From the NCBI RefSeq assembly GCF_006345805.1, contig NC_042998.1:25296001-25360000 (forward strand): a stretch of 64,000 bases of DNA, written 5' to 3'. A program made the translations under genes and the position numbers. The stretch is from Octopus sinensis. Its lineage: Eukaryota. Shown piece after piece: positions 41,749 to 54,692 of the stretch (its first letter is position 1; each line of letters begins with the position of its first letter). The notes under the pieces are model-generated. The model made no database searches and was not told the DNA's origin. It was given only the letters and a program-made list of their open reading frames with translations.

Positions 41749-41857
41749 AGGAATAAAAATGAAAAGAATAATACCTCTTCATCATCAGTATCCTGTACTA
41801 CAGGACAATAGGGAAATGAACTAATATGAAAGTCAACAATGGCTCAAAAGCTTTAGA

Positions 41858-42545
41858 CTATAGGCTGAAATGGAAAGTATAGTTTTAGCTGCACAAGATC
41901 AATGCTTAGACATAAAAAAAACAACAACAACATTATAGAAATAAAAATAAGAGGTTGAAGTCAATTGTAGACAATGCAATAACAAGCCGGCAACAATCGA
42001 CTAGATCATTTCCAGTTGTACAATCTTTGTAAATAAGAGAACATATCCAGAGATATGATCAGGAAAGTAGGTATATCCATTGGGTAATAAACAGACACTT
42101 CTCTGTGGAAACTGAGAATAAGAATGCATCAAACCAAGTGTGTGATAATCACATGGCAATGGCATGCCAGGACATGTTTGTCCAGACTTACAAAGAGATC
42201 AAAGTGAACTGCCCAGATATCATAATGAAAGAGAGAAAGCAAAATATATGTCTTCTAATAGATATATTGATTTCTTCCAAGCACAACATTGTTCAGAAGG
42301 AAATTGAAAAGCTATAGAAGTACAAGGATCTCAAAATATAAATAATATGAAAGTAAAACTGGTATCAATAAAAAATTGGTGCACTTGATATGATAAAAAT
42401 ACAGAGGAAAAAAAAAGAAAAAGGAAAAGAATAAAAAAATAAGGAAAACCATGGAAATTGCACTGGATTTCACTATTTTACACAAAGTTCTCAAAATAGC
42501 ATCACTAGGTACAACATATGATCTATGGAAGATACTTAATTCAGC
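41858..42545 (+). pseudogene. Heavily decayed R4/Dong retrotransposon fragment
   Basis: Reads AEMESIVLAAQDQCL (~41866-41910) and CRQC..TID, then VNCPDIIMKERKQNICLLIDI...EKL*KYKDL (42105-42330). It carries many stops and frameshifts. Confidence 0.8.
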
Positions 42546-42764
42546 AACACAAATCTTACATCCCATATTCAACAAAATCATATCCCAATAGAATAATGTA
42601 ACCCTTAAAATATATTGATTTCCCAATGCAGTTATACAGTTCACATATCACATATTCTCCACAATTATCTCCCCACAGCACTATAAACCAATTTACACAT
42701 CACATCCTCTACATAATCCGCTTCTAATGCTATAACACTATTACATAGCATATGTTGGACACTG

Positions 42765-43222
42765 CTTCCTAAGACCTGTTGAGGCAAGTGAAATCGAAAT
42801 CGAATTCGATGACTGGCATCCATGCTAGTGGAGCACTAAAAGCACCATCCGAGTGTGATCATTGCCAGAGCGGCTAACTGGCGTCCGTGCCAGTGGCACA
42901 TAAAAAGCACCATTCGAATTTGATTGTTACCAGCATTGTCTTATTGGCATTTGTGTCGGTGTGCAGGTGGCATGTGAAAAAAACACCATTGGGCATGAAT
43001 GCTGCCAGTACCGCCTGACTGGTCGTCATGCCGGTGGTACGCAAAAGCACCCACTACACTCTCGGAGTGGTAGTGTTAGGAAGGGCATCAAGCTGTAGGA
43101 ACTCTGCCAGATCAAGATTGGAGCCTGGTGCAGCCATCTGGTTCACCAGTCCTCAGCCAAATCGTCCAACCCATGCTAGCATGGAAAGCAGACGTTAAAC
43201 GAGGATGATGATGGTGATGGTG
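42765..43222 (+). mobile_element. Family C retroposon with (GAT)n tail (representative; copies ~907-1460, 2128-2408, 16325-16690, 18496-18780, 28085-28226, 32528-33000, 36701-36980, 43305-43587, 44060-44410, 45172-45450, 47490-47630, 49700-49975, 58244-58562)
   Basis: Internal ~65 bp tandem units (ggcacgtaaaaagcaccat), a ggcattaggaagggcatccagctgtag block, and the 3' end aacccatgctagcatggaaagcggacgttaaac(gat)n. Confidence 0.85.
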
Positions 43223-43392
43223 AAAGAATGAAAGGCAAAGACGACTTCTCAGAAGAATTTGCTCTTAGAATATAAAGACAGACAAAATGCTGCAAAGAAA
43301 AAACACGTAAAAAGCACCCACTACACTCTCAGAGTGGTTGGCATTAGGAAGGGCATCCAGTTGTAGAAACTCTGCCAGATCAAGATTGGAGC

Positions 43393-43501
43393 CTGGTGCA
43401 GCCATCTGGTGCAGCCATCTGGTGCAGCCATCTGGTGCAGCCATCTGGTGCAGCCATCTGGTGCAGCCATCTGGTGCAGCCATCTGGTGCAGCCATCTGG
43501 T
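43393..43501 (+). repeat. Perfect 13-bp minisatellite (CTGGTGCAGCCAT) x8 inside a family C copy
   Basis: Directly visible. The neighbouring copy at 43124-43141 has a single unit. Confidence 0.95.
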
Positions 43502-43809
43502 TCGCCAGTCTTCAGTCAAATCATCCAACCCATGCTAACATGGAAAGCAGACATTAAACGAGGATGATGATGATGATGATGATGATGTTATACACAATCA
43601 ACTCCCTATCGGTTACATTAATGCTTGTACAACATGTTCTATCCAATCACCTCCCAATTCAGTAACATGACACACACAACACATATTCTAAAGAATCACT
43701 GCCTGATACTATTTGGCAACTCTATGCAATACAAATACCTCACACAGTGAAGGCACCATGGTTTAATGATTAGGGCATCTAGCTCACAGTTGTAAGGTTG
43801 TGAGTTTAA

Positions 43810-44060
43810 AGGCAGCGAGCTGGTAAAGGCGGCGAGCAGACAGAAACATGAGCATGCTGGGCGAAATGCTTAGTGGTATTTCATCTGTCGTTACGTTGTG
43901 AGTTCAAATTCCGCCGAGGTCGACTTTGCCTTTCATCCTTTTGGGATCGATAAATTAAGTACCAGTTACGCACTGGGGTCGATGTAATCGACTTAATACC
44001 TATGTCTGTCCTTGTTTATCCCCTCTATGTTTAGCCCCTTGTGGGCAATAAAGAAATAGG
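43810..44060 (+). mobile_element. Family B tRNA-derived SINE (representative; copies, often multimeric, at ~30-425, 10650-11070, 11251-11450, 25192-25413, 32030-32240, 34022-34420, 39520-39865, 40340-40970, 55236-55448, 57066-57512, 63455-64000)
   Basis: ggcagcgagctggcagaa A box, gagttcaaattcc B box, and the conserved gtcgactttgcctttcatcctttcggggtcgataaattaagtacc domain. Confidence 0.85.
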
Positions 44061-44915
44061 TATGACTGACGACTGTTGAGCTAGAAGGCTGAACCAGGCT
44101 CAATCTGATCTGGCAATGTTTCTAAAGCTGGATGCCCTTCCTAATGCCAACCACTCCAAGCATGTAGTGGCTGCTTTTACGTGCCATCAGCACAAGGGCC
44201 AGTCAGGCAGTTCTGGCAACGACCACACTCAAGGGTGATTTTTACATGCTACCTGGCTACCTGCACAGGAGCCGGTCCAGTGATGGAAATAAATAAAGAA
44301 GTATTGGGCTCTTTATGTGGCACCAGCACTGGTGCTGTTTACGTGGCACCAGCACCAGAGCCTTTTATGTGACACTGGTACTGGAGCTTTGTATGTGGCA
44401 CCAACACCCATGCTTTAACAGTTCAAAACAATCTACCAGCTGGGAAAATGATTAAGATGTATTTACTGCTAAATTCCTGGTTTTTTTTTTTTGTTTTTTT
44501 GGTGTCGTTGAGCAGAAATGAATTAGCTGCCTTGAAAAATAATCATCAATTTCAACCGTACATTCAACATGAAGACTTTCTGAGTGTGACATTTCATTTT
44601 GTTTCATTAGTGAAAGTCATTTATGGGAATACATAAATATATTAGCAGGAGCATAATTTATTTATCTGAAATTCACATCTAAACTTTAACCAGGTCATAC
44701 AACGATATTTTTATATTATAATTTAGCTATTGAGGACCAGCATAACGCACAGATATATCAAGTGGGTAAACTCTGAAGAGGATTATATCTAATTAAGACA
44801 CTGAGAGAAAAAAAATTAAGCAAGTTATCACAATCTTTTGTCAGATCTTTCTCTCTCTCTTTCTTGCACATACACACACACACACACACATATATTCATA
44901 TATATATACATATAC

Positions 44916-44948
<33 letters not shown>

Positions 44949-46724
44949 ATATATACAAACATTTTTGTTGAACCCTGATTATAATTATACTCATAATTAT
45001 AGAATTTTTGTATAAGTTTACTGATAATGGTTCTTTTAACCTACCGAACTACTTGGTAAAATTTTTAATTATTAATTAATTAATTTTACCCTTTATTATA
45101 TATATATAATATATATATATATAATATATATATATAATAAAGGGTAAAATTAATACATATATATATATATATCATCATCATCATTGTTTAACGTTTGCTT
45201 TCCAAGCTGACATGGGTTGGACGGTTTAACTGGGGACTGTCAAGCCAGAAGCCTGCACCAGGCTCCAATCTTATCTAACAAGGTTTCTACAGTTGGATAC
45301 CTTTCCTGATGCCAACCACTCCGAGATTGTAATGGGTTCTTTTTATATGCCAGCAGCACAGGAGCCTCTCAGGCAGCACTGGCAGCAACTACATTCAAAT
45401 GTTGCTTTTTACATGCCATCAGCACGAGTGCCAGTCAGGCAGCACTGATATCCATATATATGGATATATGTAGGTAAGTATGCATGTATGTATGTGTGCA
45501 TGTGTATGTTTGTAAGCATGCATGTATTTATGTGTGTGTGTGTGTGTGTGTTTGTGTATGTATGTATTATAAACAAAAACACCATTATTATTCTTTTTCA
45601 TTTCATCTAACATTTTTATAGTATATGGCTGATCTTTCTTGTTGTAATTTCGTTTTCAATACCACTGGAAATTATTTTTAGTATTCTAAAGGGACTTCGA
45701 AGTGATGAAATTCAATCTGTCCATATAGGTTTTCTTGTTGCCATTTTTCTTTAAATGAAACGTATGAAAAATTTAGACTTTAAGTTTCGATAAGTTCACC
45801 AAATTTATGAATTTACAATTTTAAACATTCCTTATAGATTTTTTTCTCCTTTTTTCTTGAAGAGGCAACTTTAAAGAGGACATCAAGCAACAGACTAACC
45901 TCAGGGATCTATGAAGAGTATTTGAAAATTTTCTTTCTTTTTTCAAATTTCAAAAACATATGCAATGTGTAAATTAATTAAATAATGAATGAATTGCAAA
46001 TCCTAAGCAATTTTGATTGAATATGTATAATACAAGTCTTTTCTTTTGGCAATATTTGATAAAACAAGAGGAAAGAAAAAAAAATACAAACAAAGATAAA
46101 AATTATTACAACTATAATTTTTCTTGCTACATGAAATATCTATTTCTAAAATTCGACAACAGAAAAGTCATCTATTTTTGAAAATTCCCCAAGAGAATTT
46201 ATGAACCACCATCACCAACAATAACATGAGCAATGTCAATTTTTATTTGTTTTTACATAGAATTTTCCTCTTTTACTGAAATTACATCTGATGGGAAGTA
46301 TACTGGTTCTAGATAATTTCTATTATAGAATACTTTCTTTTTTCCAACAGAGAGCAGGAAAAATATTAAATTTTATTGTGTATTAAGTATTTTGTATAGA
46401 AATTTCTTTTTTGTATTTGAAATAGTTATATATTGCATTTTCCTAAAATAAAAAGAGCTAAAACAAATGATACGGTAAGGAAATACAAATATTTCTTGTT
46501 TACATCTTGTTTAGTATATAAAAAGACTGGTATTGTTTGTGACTGAGTTTCAAAATATATAAAAAAAAAACAAGAATTATTTCAAAAATTGCTTTTCTGT
46601 TTTCTTTCATGACACTGGCTTTGATTATCTTGAGTACTATTCTAGACTGGAGAAAGAAACATATTTGGCTCCTGAAGTCAAATGTTTTATGTGTAAACAT
46701 ATACCTGCATGTGTATAGGTAGCT

Positions 46725-47148
46725 GTGTGCGTGTGTGTGTGTGCATGTATGTATGTATGTTTGTATGTATGTATGTATGTGTGTATGTGTGTGTGCATGT
46801 ATGCATGTATGTATGTATGTGTGTATGTATGTATGTATGTGTGTGTGTATGCATGCATGTATGTATGAATGTATGTATGCATGCATGTTTGTATGTATGT
46901 ATGTATGCATGTATGTATGTATGTGTGTATGTGTGTGTGTGCATGTATGCATGCATGTATGTATGTATGGGTGTATGCTTGTATGTATGTATGTATGTAT
47001 GTATGTGCATATGTATGTATGTATGTATGAATGTATGTTTGAATGTATGTATGTATATATGCATGTATGTATATATGAATGTATGTATGTATTCATGTAT
47101 GTATGTATGTATGTATGTATGTATGTATGTATGCGTGTATGTATGTAT
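46725..47148. repeat. (ATGT)n/(GT)n microsatellite
   Basis: Directly visible. Confidence 0.95.
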
Positions 47149-47935
47149 AGCCATGTTAATCCCAATAGTGAACCATTAATGAGTGACAAAAGGGATGGCA
47201 ATTCACCTACATTATAAACAATTTTACCATTTATCCATTCAGTGTTGCGCATAAACAGACTCTTTTAAATCAGGGCCAAAACCATCAAGCAGGGTTGACC
47301 ATCAACCCACACCTCTATGCACAGAGATGTGGCTACAGTTTATTCTGTAGAAGAATGCAGTTACCTACAGATGCTAGTACCCTTTGTTTTTGGAGGCAAG
47401 ACAAGGACTAATACAGCTAGAGGTTAGTGTCAGCTCTTGCATTGTACTTAGAACGCAAACACCCGGAATAGATACCATCTGACATTTGGTACTAGGAAGG
47501 GCATCCAGCTGTAGAAACTCTGCCAGGTCAGACTGGAGCCTGGTGCAGCCCCTGGCTTCCCAGACCCCGGTCGAACCGTCCAACCTGTGCAAGCACGGAA
47601 AACGGACGTTAAACGATGATGATGATGATTATAATTCATTTATTTCACCATTCTGGCTAATTACTCTCTTTACTCTCTTCTTACTCTTTCACTTGTTTCA
47701 GTCATTTGACTGTGGCCATGCTGGAGCACCGCCTTTAGTCGAGCAAATCGACCCCAGAACTTATTTTTTTGTAAGCTTAGTACTTATTCTATCGGTCTCT
47801 TTTGCTGAACCGCTAAGTTACAGGGACATAAACACACCAGCGTCGGTTGTCAAGCGATGTTTCGGAGTAGATAAATTAAGTATCAGTTACATACTGGGGT
47901 CGATCTAATTGATTGACTCCCTCTCCAAAAATTTC

Positions 47936-48345
47936 AGTGAAGATTTGGGTATGAGACGTGTGTCTACCAAGTTTGTGCCAAAATTGCTTTCAGCTGACAA
48001 AAAAGACACTTGAGTTCCAGTTGCATAAGATCTTGATTGAGTTGAGAACGATGAAAACTGTTTGAAAACTTTCCTTAGGTCTCTGAACAGGTACCACCAA
48101 GCTTTTTGCAAAATTTGATGCAGATTCTCTACTCAACTTTCTCTGTCATGGTCAATGCGGTGATCATACACTACACACCTTCCTTCCAGGCACTGCTGTA
48201 AACAGCAGAAGTGAGCTAGAACATTAAAACCTAGTGCACATGCACAACAGATCTCATGGTCAATCTGTGCCAAGCAGCTTTACTCTGCGTTGTTTAGTTT
48301 TGTTACAATGGCAACAGTCCGGATACTTATTGATCAGGCCACACA
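47936..48345. mobile_element. Rearranged mariner-type DNA transposon remnant
   Basis: The + strand at 47936-48070 reads EDLGMRRVSTKFVPKLLSAD (mariner linker motif). The - strand at 48149-48078 reads MTEKVE*RICIKFCKKLGGT (mariner N-terminus). A TIR-like gtccggatacttattgatcaggcc lies at 48317-48340. Confidence 0.8.
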
Positions 48346-48349
48346 TAAA

Positions 48350-48666
48350 TTTATATAAATAAGGATAAGATTGCTATTTAAATACCGATCTTATCAGGTG
48401 GCCAGCATGGGATTAAAAACCTTCAAAGGTAATAATTATTTAAAATTATAATTTAGGGTATCTAAAAGATATAAACAAGCTGGAAATAGCAGTCAAAACT
48501 TGACTCTAAAACCACATTAAATGTTCATATGGCACCAGGAGAGTAGACAAAGAGACAAAATAAACTAGCAAAAAAATTTACTGGATATGAACATTTAATG
48601 TGGTTTTAGAGTCAAGTTTTTACTGCTATTTCCAGCACGGTGGTATCTCTTAGATACCCTAAATTA

Positions 48667-48706
<40 letters not shown>

Positions 48707-48808
48707 CATAAATTAGGGTATTATTACCTTTGAAGGGTATTTTTTTTCCATGCTGACCACTTGATAAAATCGTTATTTTATTTTTAAATTAACGATCTTA
48801 TCCTTATT

Positions 48809-48815
<7 letters not shown>
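48350..48815. repeat. Nested long inverted repeat associated with (TA)n
   Basis: Outer arms ~48350-48440 and ~48718-48812. Inner arms ~48443-48530 and ~48585-48672. Confidence 0.8.
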
Positions 48816-48849
<34 letters not shown>

Positions 48850-49968
48850 GGAGTGGGCTTCTTTTGGTTTCAGTCTCCCAAATCCACCCACAAGACTTTG
48901 ATTGGTCCAGAGCTACAGTAGAAAACACTTGCTCAAGGTTCCACACAGTGGAACTGAACTCAAAATCGTGTGGTTGGGAAGTAAGCCTCTTACCACTCGA
49001 CCATTAACTATTTTATTATACATGAGAAGCTTAAAAGTAGATTTGTTCACAGTATCATGTAAACTCTGTACTATAAGATACCAAATTATACACTGTAATA
49101 ATTTTTTTCCCAATATTTTGTACCAAACATACTTCTCTGTGTAATAAGTGTTCTTATTCCAGAGACAAAGCCTTCGATAATACAGACAAATGAAAATTGA
49201 CATTCATGGCTTCACAGCAGTAATACGGATATAAGAGATGTGGAACTGTTCCAACTAAAATCTGATATTGGAGTTGTAAGCTCATAATATAAAAGACTTT
49301 CATCAACTTAGTAAGGTTTATCCCAATAAGAAAAAAAATATGCTGATAATGATATATTCTATCCATAGAAATAATGAATATTATATTTGAAGAGTTTCCC
49401 AATGGTTTTAATTACAAAACGACTATTGTTGAAGTGCATCAATTATCTATTTGTTAATGAATATATAAATACTTTATATGGTATCTTTTGCTATCCTCCT
49501 CATCAGAGCATAATATTATTAGTTTCAAGGTCATCTAATTCTATATCTGAATTAATTAGGCCATTGTTAGCTTATGAGTTGTTGGTTTTTCTCCAGAATT
49601 AAGTAGTAGATTATATTGGGTTTTGGGCCATCAACCTTCCCCCCCCCATCCCACACATATTTCATCCCCTAACAGCCAAAAAGCACAGATGATAATGCCA
49701 CATAAATAGCAATGGTGATGGTGCCATATAAAAAGTTTTGTTGATTGTTCCACATAAAAAGCTTTGGTGCTGGTGGCACGTAAAAAGCACTGGTTGTGGT
49801 GCCATAATAAAACAAAGCACCCGGTGCACTCTGTAAATTGGTTGGTGTTAGGAAGGGCAGCCAACCATAAAAATCAAACAAACGTTGATGTGGAACCTAC
49901 TGCGATTCCTTGACTTACCAACTCCAGTCAAATCATCCCAACATGCCAGCATGGAAACTGGACATTAA

Positions 49969-50005
<37 letters not shown>

Positions 50006-50083
50006 CGATGATGATGATGATGATGATGACGATGATGACGACGACGATATGATGATGTTGATGATGATGACAATGATGACGAC

Positions 50084-50122
<39 letters not shown>

Positions 50123-50322
50123 AATGATGATGATGACAAGGATGACGACGATGATGATGATGTTGATGATAATGATGATGATGACGATGATGATGATAAT
50201 GACGATGATGATGATGACGATGACGATGATGACAATGATGACAACGATGATGATGATGATGACGATGATGATTATGTTGATGTTCATCATCATGATGATG
50301 ATGATGATGATGATGATTATGT

Positions 50323-50353
<31 letters not shown>

Positions 50354-50380
50354 AATGATGATGATGAAGATGGTGATGAT
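49969..50380. repeat. (GAT)n microsatellite expanded from a family C tail
   Basis: Follows ggacattaaat directly. Confidence 0.95.
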
Positions 50381-50712
50381 ACATAAAAACATTTTACTGA
50401 ATATGAAGTCTTTCTCTAAGCAAACATTAGACATATTGCTGTCTTTATCTTTGATAGTATTGTCGTCTTTATGTCCACTTTTTCCAACTTGGCACAGATT
50501 CGATAGGGACGTATTTTATGACAAAATGGTCTTCATAAGTCACTTTATTTTGAGTCCTTATATGAAACCACAGAATTGCCAGACTTCTTGCTTATGTGGG
50601 GCATAAACATTGTCACTGCTAGATGAAGCTGAATAATATCAACAACAAGATGGATAAATAGAAAGACAGAGACTTGGAAACAGCTTGCTTGTGCAAGTGA
50701 AGTCAGGTTTAA

Positions 50713-51350
50713 CTCTTTCGTTACCAACCCAGCTGAAACCGTCTCTGGCTCTGTAGTACAAATGTCTTGTTTTCAAAAGTTCTGAATTATAATCTTCCAC
50801 CAAACCTTACTCACAGTTTATGTTCCTAACACTAGCTGAATGATAACTCTTTTACTCTTTATCTTTTACATGTTTCAGTCATTTGACTGCGGCCATGCTG
50901 GAGCACCGCCTTTAGTCAAGCAAATCGACCCCGGGACTTATTCTTTGGAAGCCCAGTACTTATTATATCAGTCTCTTTTGCCGAACCACTAAGTGACGGG
51001 GACGTAAATACACCAGCATCGGTTGTCAAACACAGACACACAAACATATACACACACATACATATATATATACATATATACGACAGGCTTCTTTCAGTTT
51101 CCGTCTACCAAATCCACTCACAAAGCTTTGGTCGGCCCGAGGCTATAGCAGAAGACACTTCCCCAAGATGCCACGCAGTGGGACTGAACCTGGAACCATG
51201 TGGTTGGTTAGCAAGCTACTTACCACACAGCCGCTCCTGCGCCTACTTATTTAGTAAAATAACTAAGTTATTTTACTAAATTCTTTGTTATATTTGAAAT
51301 TAATTGAAAGAAACACATAGCATCTCAAAATAAATACAGTAATGAAAGGG
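50713..51350. mobile_element. piggyBac-type MITE, copy 3 (inverted), interrupted by a family A SINE
   Basis: Reverse complement of copy 1 with TTAA flanks. The SINE occupies ~50848-51245. Confidence 0.8.
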
Positions 51351-51821
51351 TTAAACCTTGCATAGCTGATACCATTAGGATTTAATAGCATTCAGGAAAG
51401 AATATACACCATTTCACTGTCACCACTAACTGAACAGCTTAGTTGTGGTCGATGAAAGCAGTTGTGGTCGATACAGCTTGGCACCAGTGACGTTACAACT
51501 CATTTCTACAGCTGAGTGAACTGGAACAACGTGAAATAAAGGGTCTTGCTCAAGAACACAACACAGCTTAGTTCAAGAATCGAACTCACTACCTCATCAT
51601 TGTGCACCTGATGCTCTAACTCCTGAGCCATGCACCAGATTAAAACAATTAACATAAACCACTGGTTTCAAGACAACAAAATAGAAACTCTTGAACATTC
51701 AGTTAAAAGCCTAACACTGTCCATTACAGTCACAGGAATGCTGTGACCCACAAGACTTTCGGAATGGCAGACCGGATGAAAAAATTATATCAAAGTATTT
51801 TAAGTGTGGCACCTGCCAGAA

Positions 51822-52353
51822 GATGAGCTCATGTCTCATGTAGCCTGCTTCTTGGAAAAGTTTGTTTGTATCTGGTCTATAATTTCAATTGGTTGTCATG
51901 TGGCTCTCTTGGAAATAGTCTCTTTGAACTAAGCCCTCCACAAGACTTTGAGACTGTCAACCTATATCTGCTGCCCTTTATTTATATTGCTCATATCTTC
52001 TATAGAAGAAGAAGAAGAAGAAGAAGAAGAAGAAGAAGAAGAAGAAGAAGAAGAAGAAGAAGAAGAAGAAGAAGAAGAAGAAGAAGAAAACAAATACAAC
52101 TGTCATTAATTTCATTTCCACTCCCTTATATGTCAGAAGAAAATTCTAACTGGGCCCCACCTGCAAGGTCATGTATTGTTTATCTTGCTATGAGATCACC
52201 ATGTCACGCACATATGGTTGTGCTGCATATGCCTGGTTTACCCTTATCAGACGGGTAGTCATGATGGGTATACTAGGTTTTGTATATTTTACCCCAGTGT
52301 CACTTTGATGGCATGCACTGCTCTCTCACTCAATAATAATAGTAATAATAATA

Positions 52354-52407
<54 letters not shown>

Positions 52408-52634
52408 GACCTTTTGAGCGGGATGAGTTACTCGACCAGAAGAAAATTCTATCTGGGCCCCACCTGCAAGGTCATGTGTTGCTTATCTTGATATGAGATC
52501 ACCATGTCGCGCACATATGGTTGTGATGCATATGCCTGGTGTACCCTTGTCAGATGGGTGGTCATGATGGGTATACTAGGTTTCGTATATTTTACCCCAG
52601 TGTCACTTTGATGGCATGCACTGCTCTCTCACTC

Positions 52635-52669
<35 letters not shown>

Positions 52670-52671
52670 TG

Positions 52672-52740
<69 letters not shown>

Positions 52741-53355
52741 GACCTTTTGAGCGGGATGAGTTACTCGACCAGAAGAAAATTCTATCTGGGCCCCACCTGC
52801 AAGGTCATGTGTTGCTTATCTTGATATGAGATCACCATGTCGTGCACACATGGTTGTGATGCATATGCCTGGTGTACACTTATCAGATGGGTGGTCATGA
52901 TGGGTATACTGGGCTTTGTATATTTTACCCCAGTCGTCACTTTGATGAGCTCATGTCTTATGTGGCCTGCTTCTTGGAAAAGGTTGTTCATATCTGGTCT
53001 ATAATATCAGTTGGTTGTCATGTGGCTCTTTTGGAATTAGTCTCTTTGAACCAAGACTTTGAGACTGTCAACCTACATCTGTTGCCCTTTATTTATATTT
53101 CTCATATCTTCTATAGAAAAGAAGAAGAAGAAGAAGAAGAAGAAGAAGAAGAAGAAGAAGAAGAAGAGAAGAAGAAGAAAAGAAGAGAAGAAAAGAAGAA
53201 GAGAAGAAGAAGAAGAAGAAGAAGAAGAAGAAGAAGAAGAAGAAGAAGAAGAAAAGAAGAAGAAGAAGAAAAGAAGAAGAAGAAGAAGAAGAAGAAGAAG
53301 AAGAAAACAAATACAACTGTCACTAATTTATTTCCACTCCCTTATATGTCTGAAG
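51822..53355 (+). repeat. ~300-400 bp direct duplication (51822-52139 / 52944-53355, each with (GAA)n) bracketing the family D array
   Basis: gatgagctcatgtct...ctatagaagaag(gaa)n aaaacaaatacaactgtca...cccttatatgtc occurs twice. Confidence 0.9.
52135..52947 (+). mobile_element. Tandem array of three 5'-truncated family D copies separated by (AAT)n
   Basis: Copies 2 and 3 share the identical start agaccttttgagcggg (52407 and 52740). Confidence 0.85.
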
Positions 53356-54289
53356 TATTTTGACTGTATAAGAAATCAATTAACATTCTGTAGAGTATAA
53401 TAAAAAAAAAAAAATGTTGACAGACCTGGTTGCTGATTCAAATTGTAGTCTTTCTATAATCTATAATCAGTTGTTCAAAGCTGGAATATGTTTTTATTTT
53501 CATTATGTTTTATTTATTCATTTATTTAATTATTTATATATTTTTGTTATTCGGAATGTTTCATCTTTGTTAACACACTTTGAAACGAAACCAAATTACC
53601 TCATGTGATCCTAATATTGGCTTCTCATATCTCTTCTTTGCCACCTGCAATCTAATTAAGTAGCAGAGAAAGTAGCATATTAATTATAAATTAATACATA
53701 CTGTTTATTCTAAAAGGTTAGCACTACTTAAAATCCATAGTATCTACTTCTTTTTTTTTTTCTTTTTTTTTTTTTTTCTTAAATATTTCTTACTTTAAGC
53801 CTTTTGCAATTAGCAAAATTTAGTTTTCTGATTAATTCATATAATTTACACAATGTAAATTCATTATTAATCTAAGCACTTCAATATCATCAGTTTCATC
53901 AAATATAAGGATGAAGAATATGAGAACATGGAATATAATTACAGCTTATAACAGGTAAAAGAATGAGGAATGCAATTACAAAAGTGATAGCTAAGAAGAG
54001 GTTTTCAATATTAATAATAACAATAATACCAGCTACAGTTCCTGATCTAATATTAATGATTTCTCACTTGGGCATTGAGTCACACGTATTCGTTGTGAGG
54101 AATGCAATTGTTGTCAAATGGGTTTGTTTCTTAGAGTATAACTGGTATTTAATTTATCAAACTCTTTAAGGTCTGAAGGTCACATGTGTTAGGTCACAGC
54201 CAGTCGGATTTCAAGTCAAAACATGAATGAATTATAATTAAATCCTTGGAAAGCATTTCGTGCACCACTCTACCACATCAGAATATTAC

Positions 54290-54692
54290 TGCTGCTACAT
54301 CTGCTGCTGCTGCTGCTACTGCTACTACTACTACTACTACTACTACTACTATTAATAATAATAATAATAATATAAGAAGAAGAAGAAGAAGAAGAAGAAG
54401 TAGAGGGAGAAAACGAAGAAGACAAAGAAGACTATGAAGACGAGAAGAAGAAGAAGAAGAAGAAGAAGAAGAAAAGAAGAAGAAAAGAATAAGAAGAAAG
54501 AAGAGAAAAGAAGAAGAAAAAGAAGAGGAGAGAAGAAGAAGAAAAAGAAGAGAAGAAGAAGAAGAAGAATGATGATAATGATGATAATGATAATGATAAT
54601 CACGATAATGATAATGACAATAATAATGATAATGACAATGATAATGATGATGATAATAATAATAATAATAATAACAATAATAATAATGATAA
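54290..54692. repeat. Compound (GCT)(ACT)(AAT)(GAA)(GAT) microsatellite
   Basis: Directly visible. Confidence 0.95.

Noticed and set aside
43265-43538. Repetitive peptide ORF and CRISPR-like appearance
   Set aside because: A head-to-tail 13-bp tandem repeat with no spacers, inside a SINE, in eukaryotic context.
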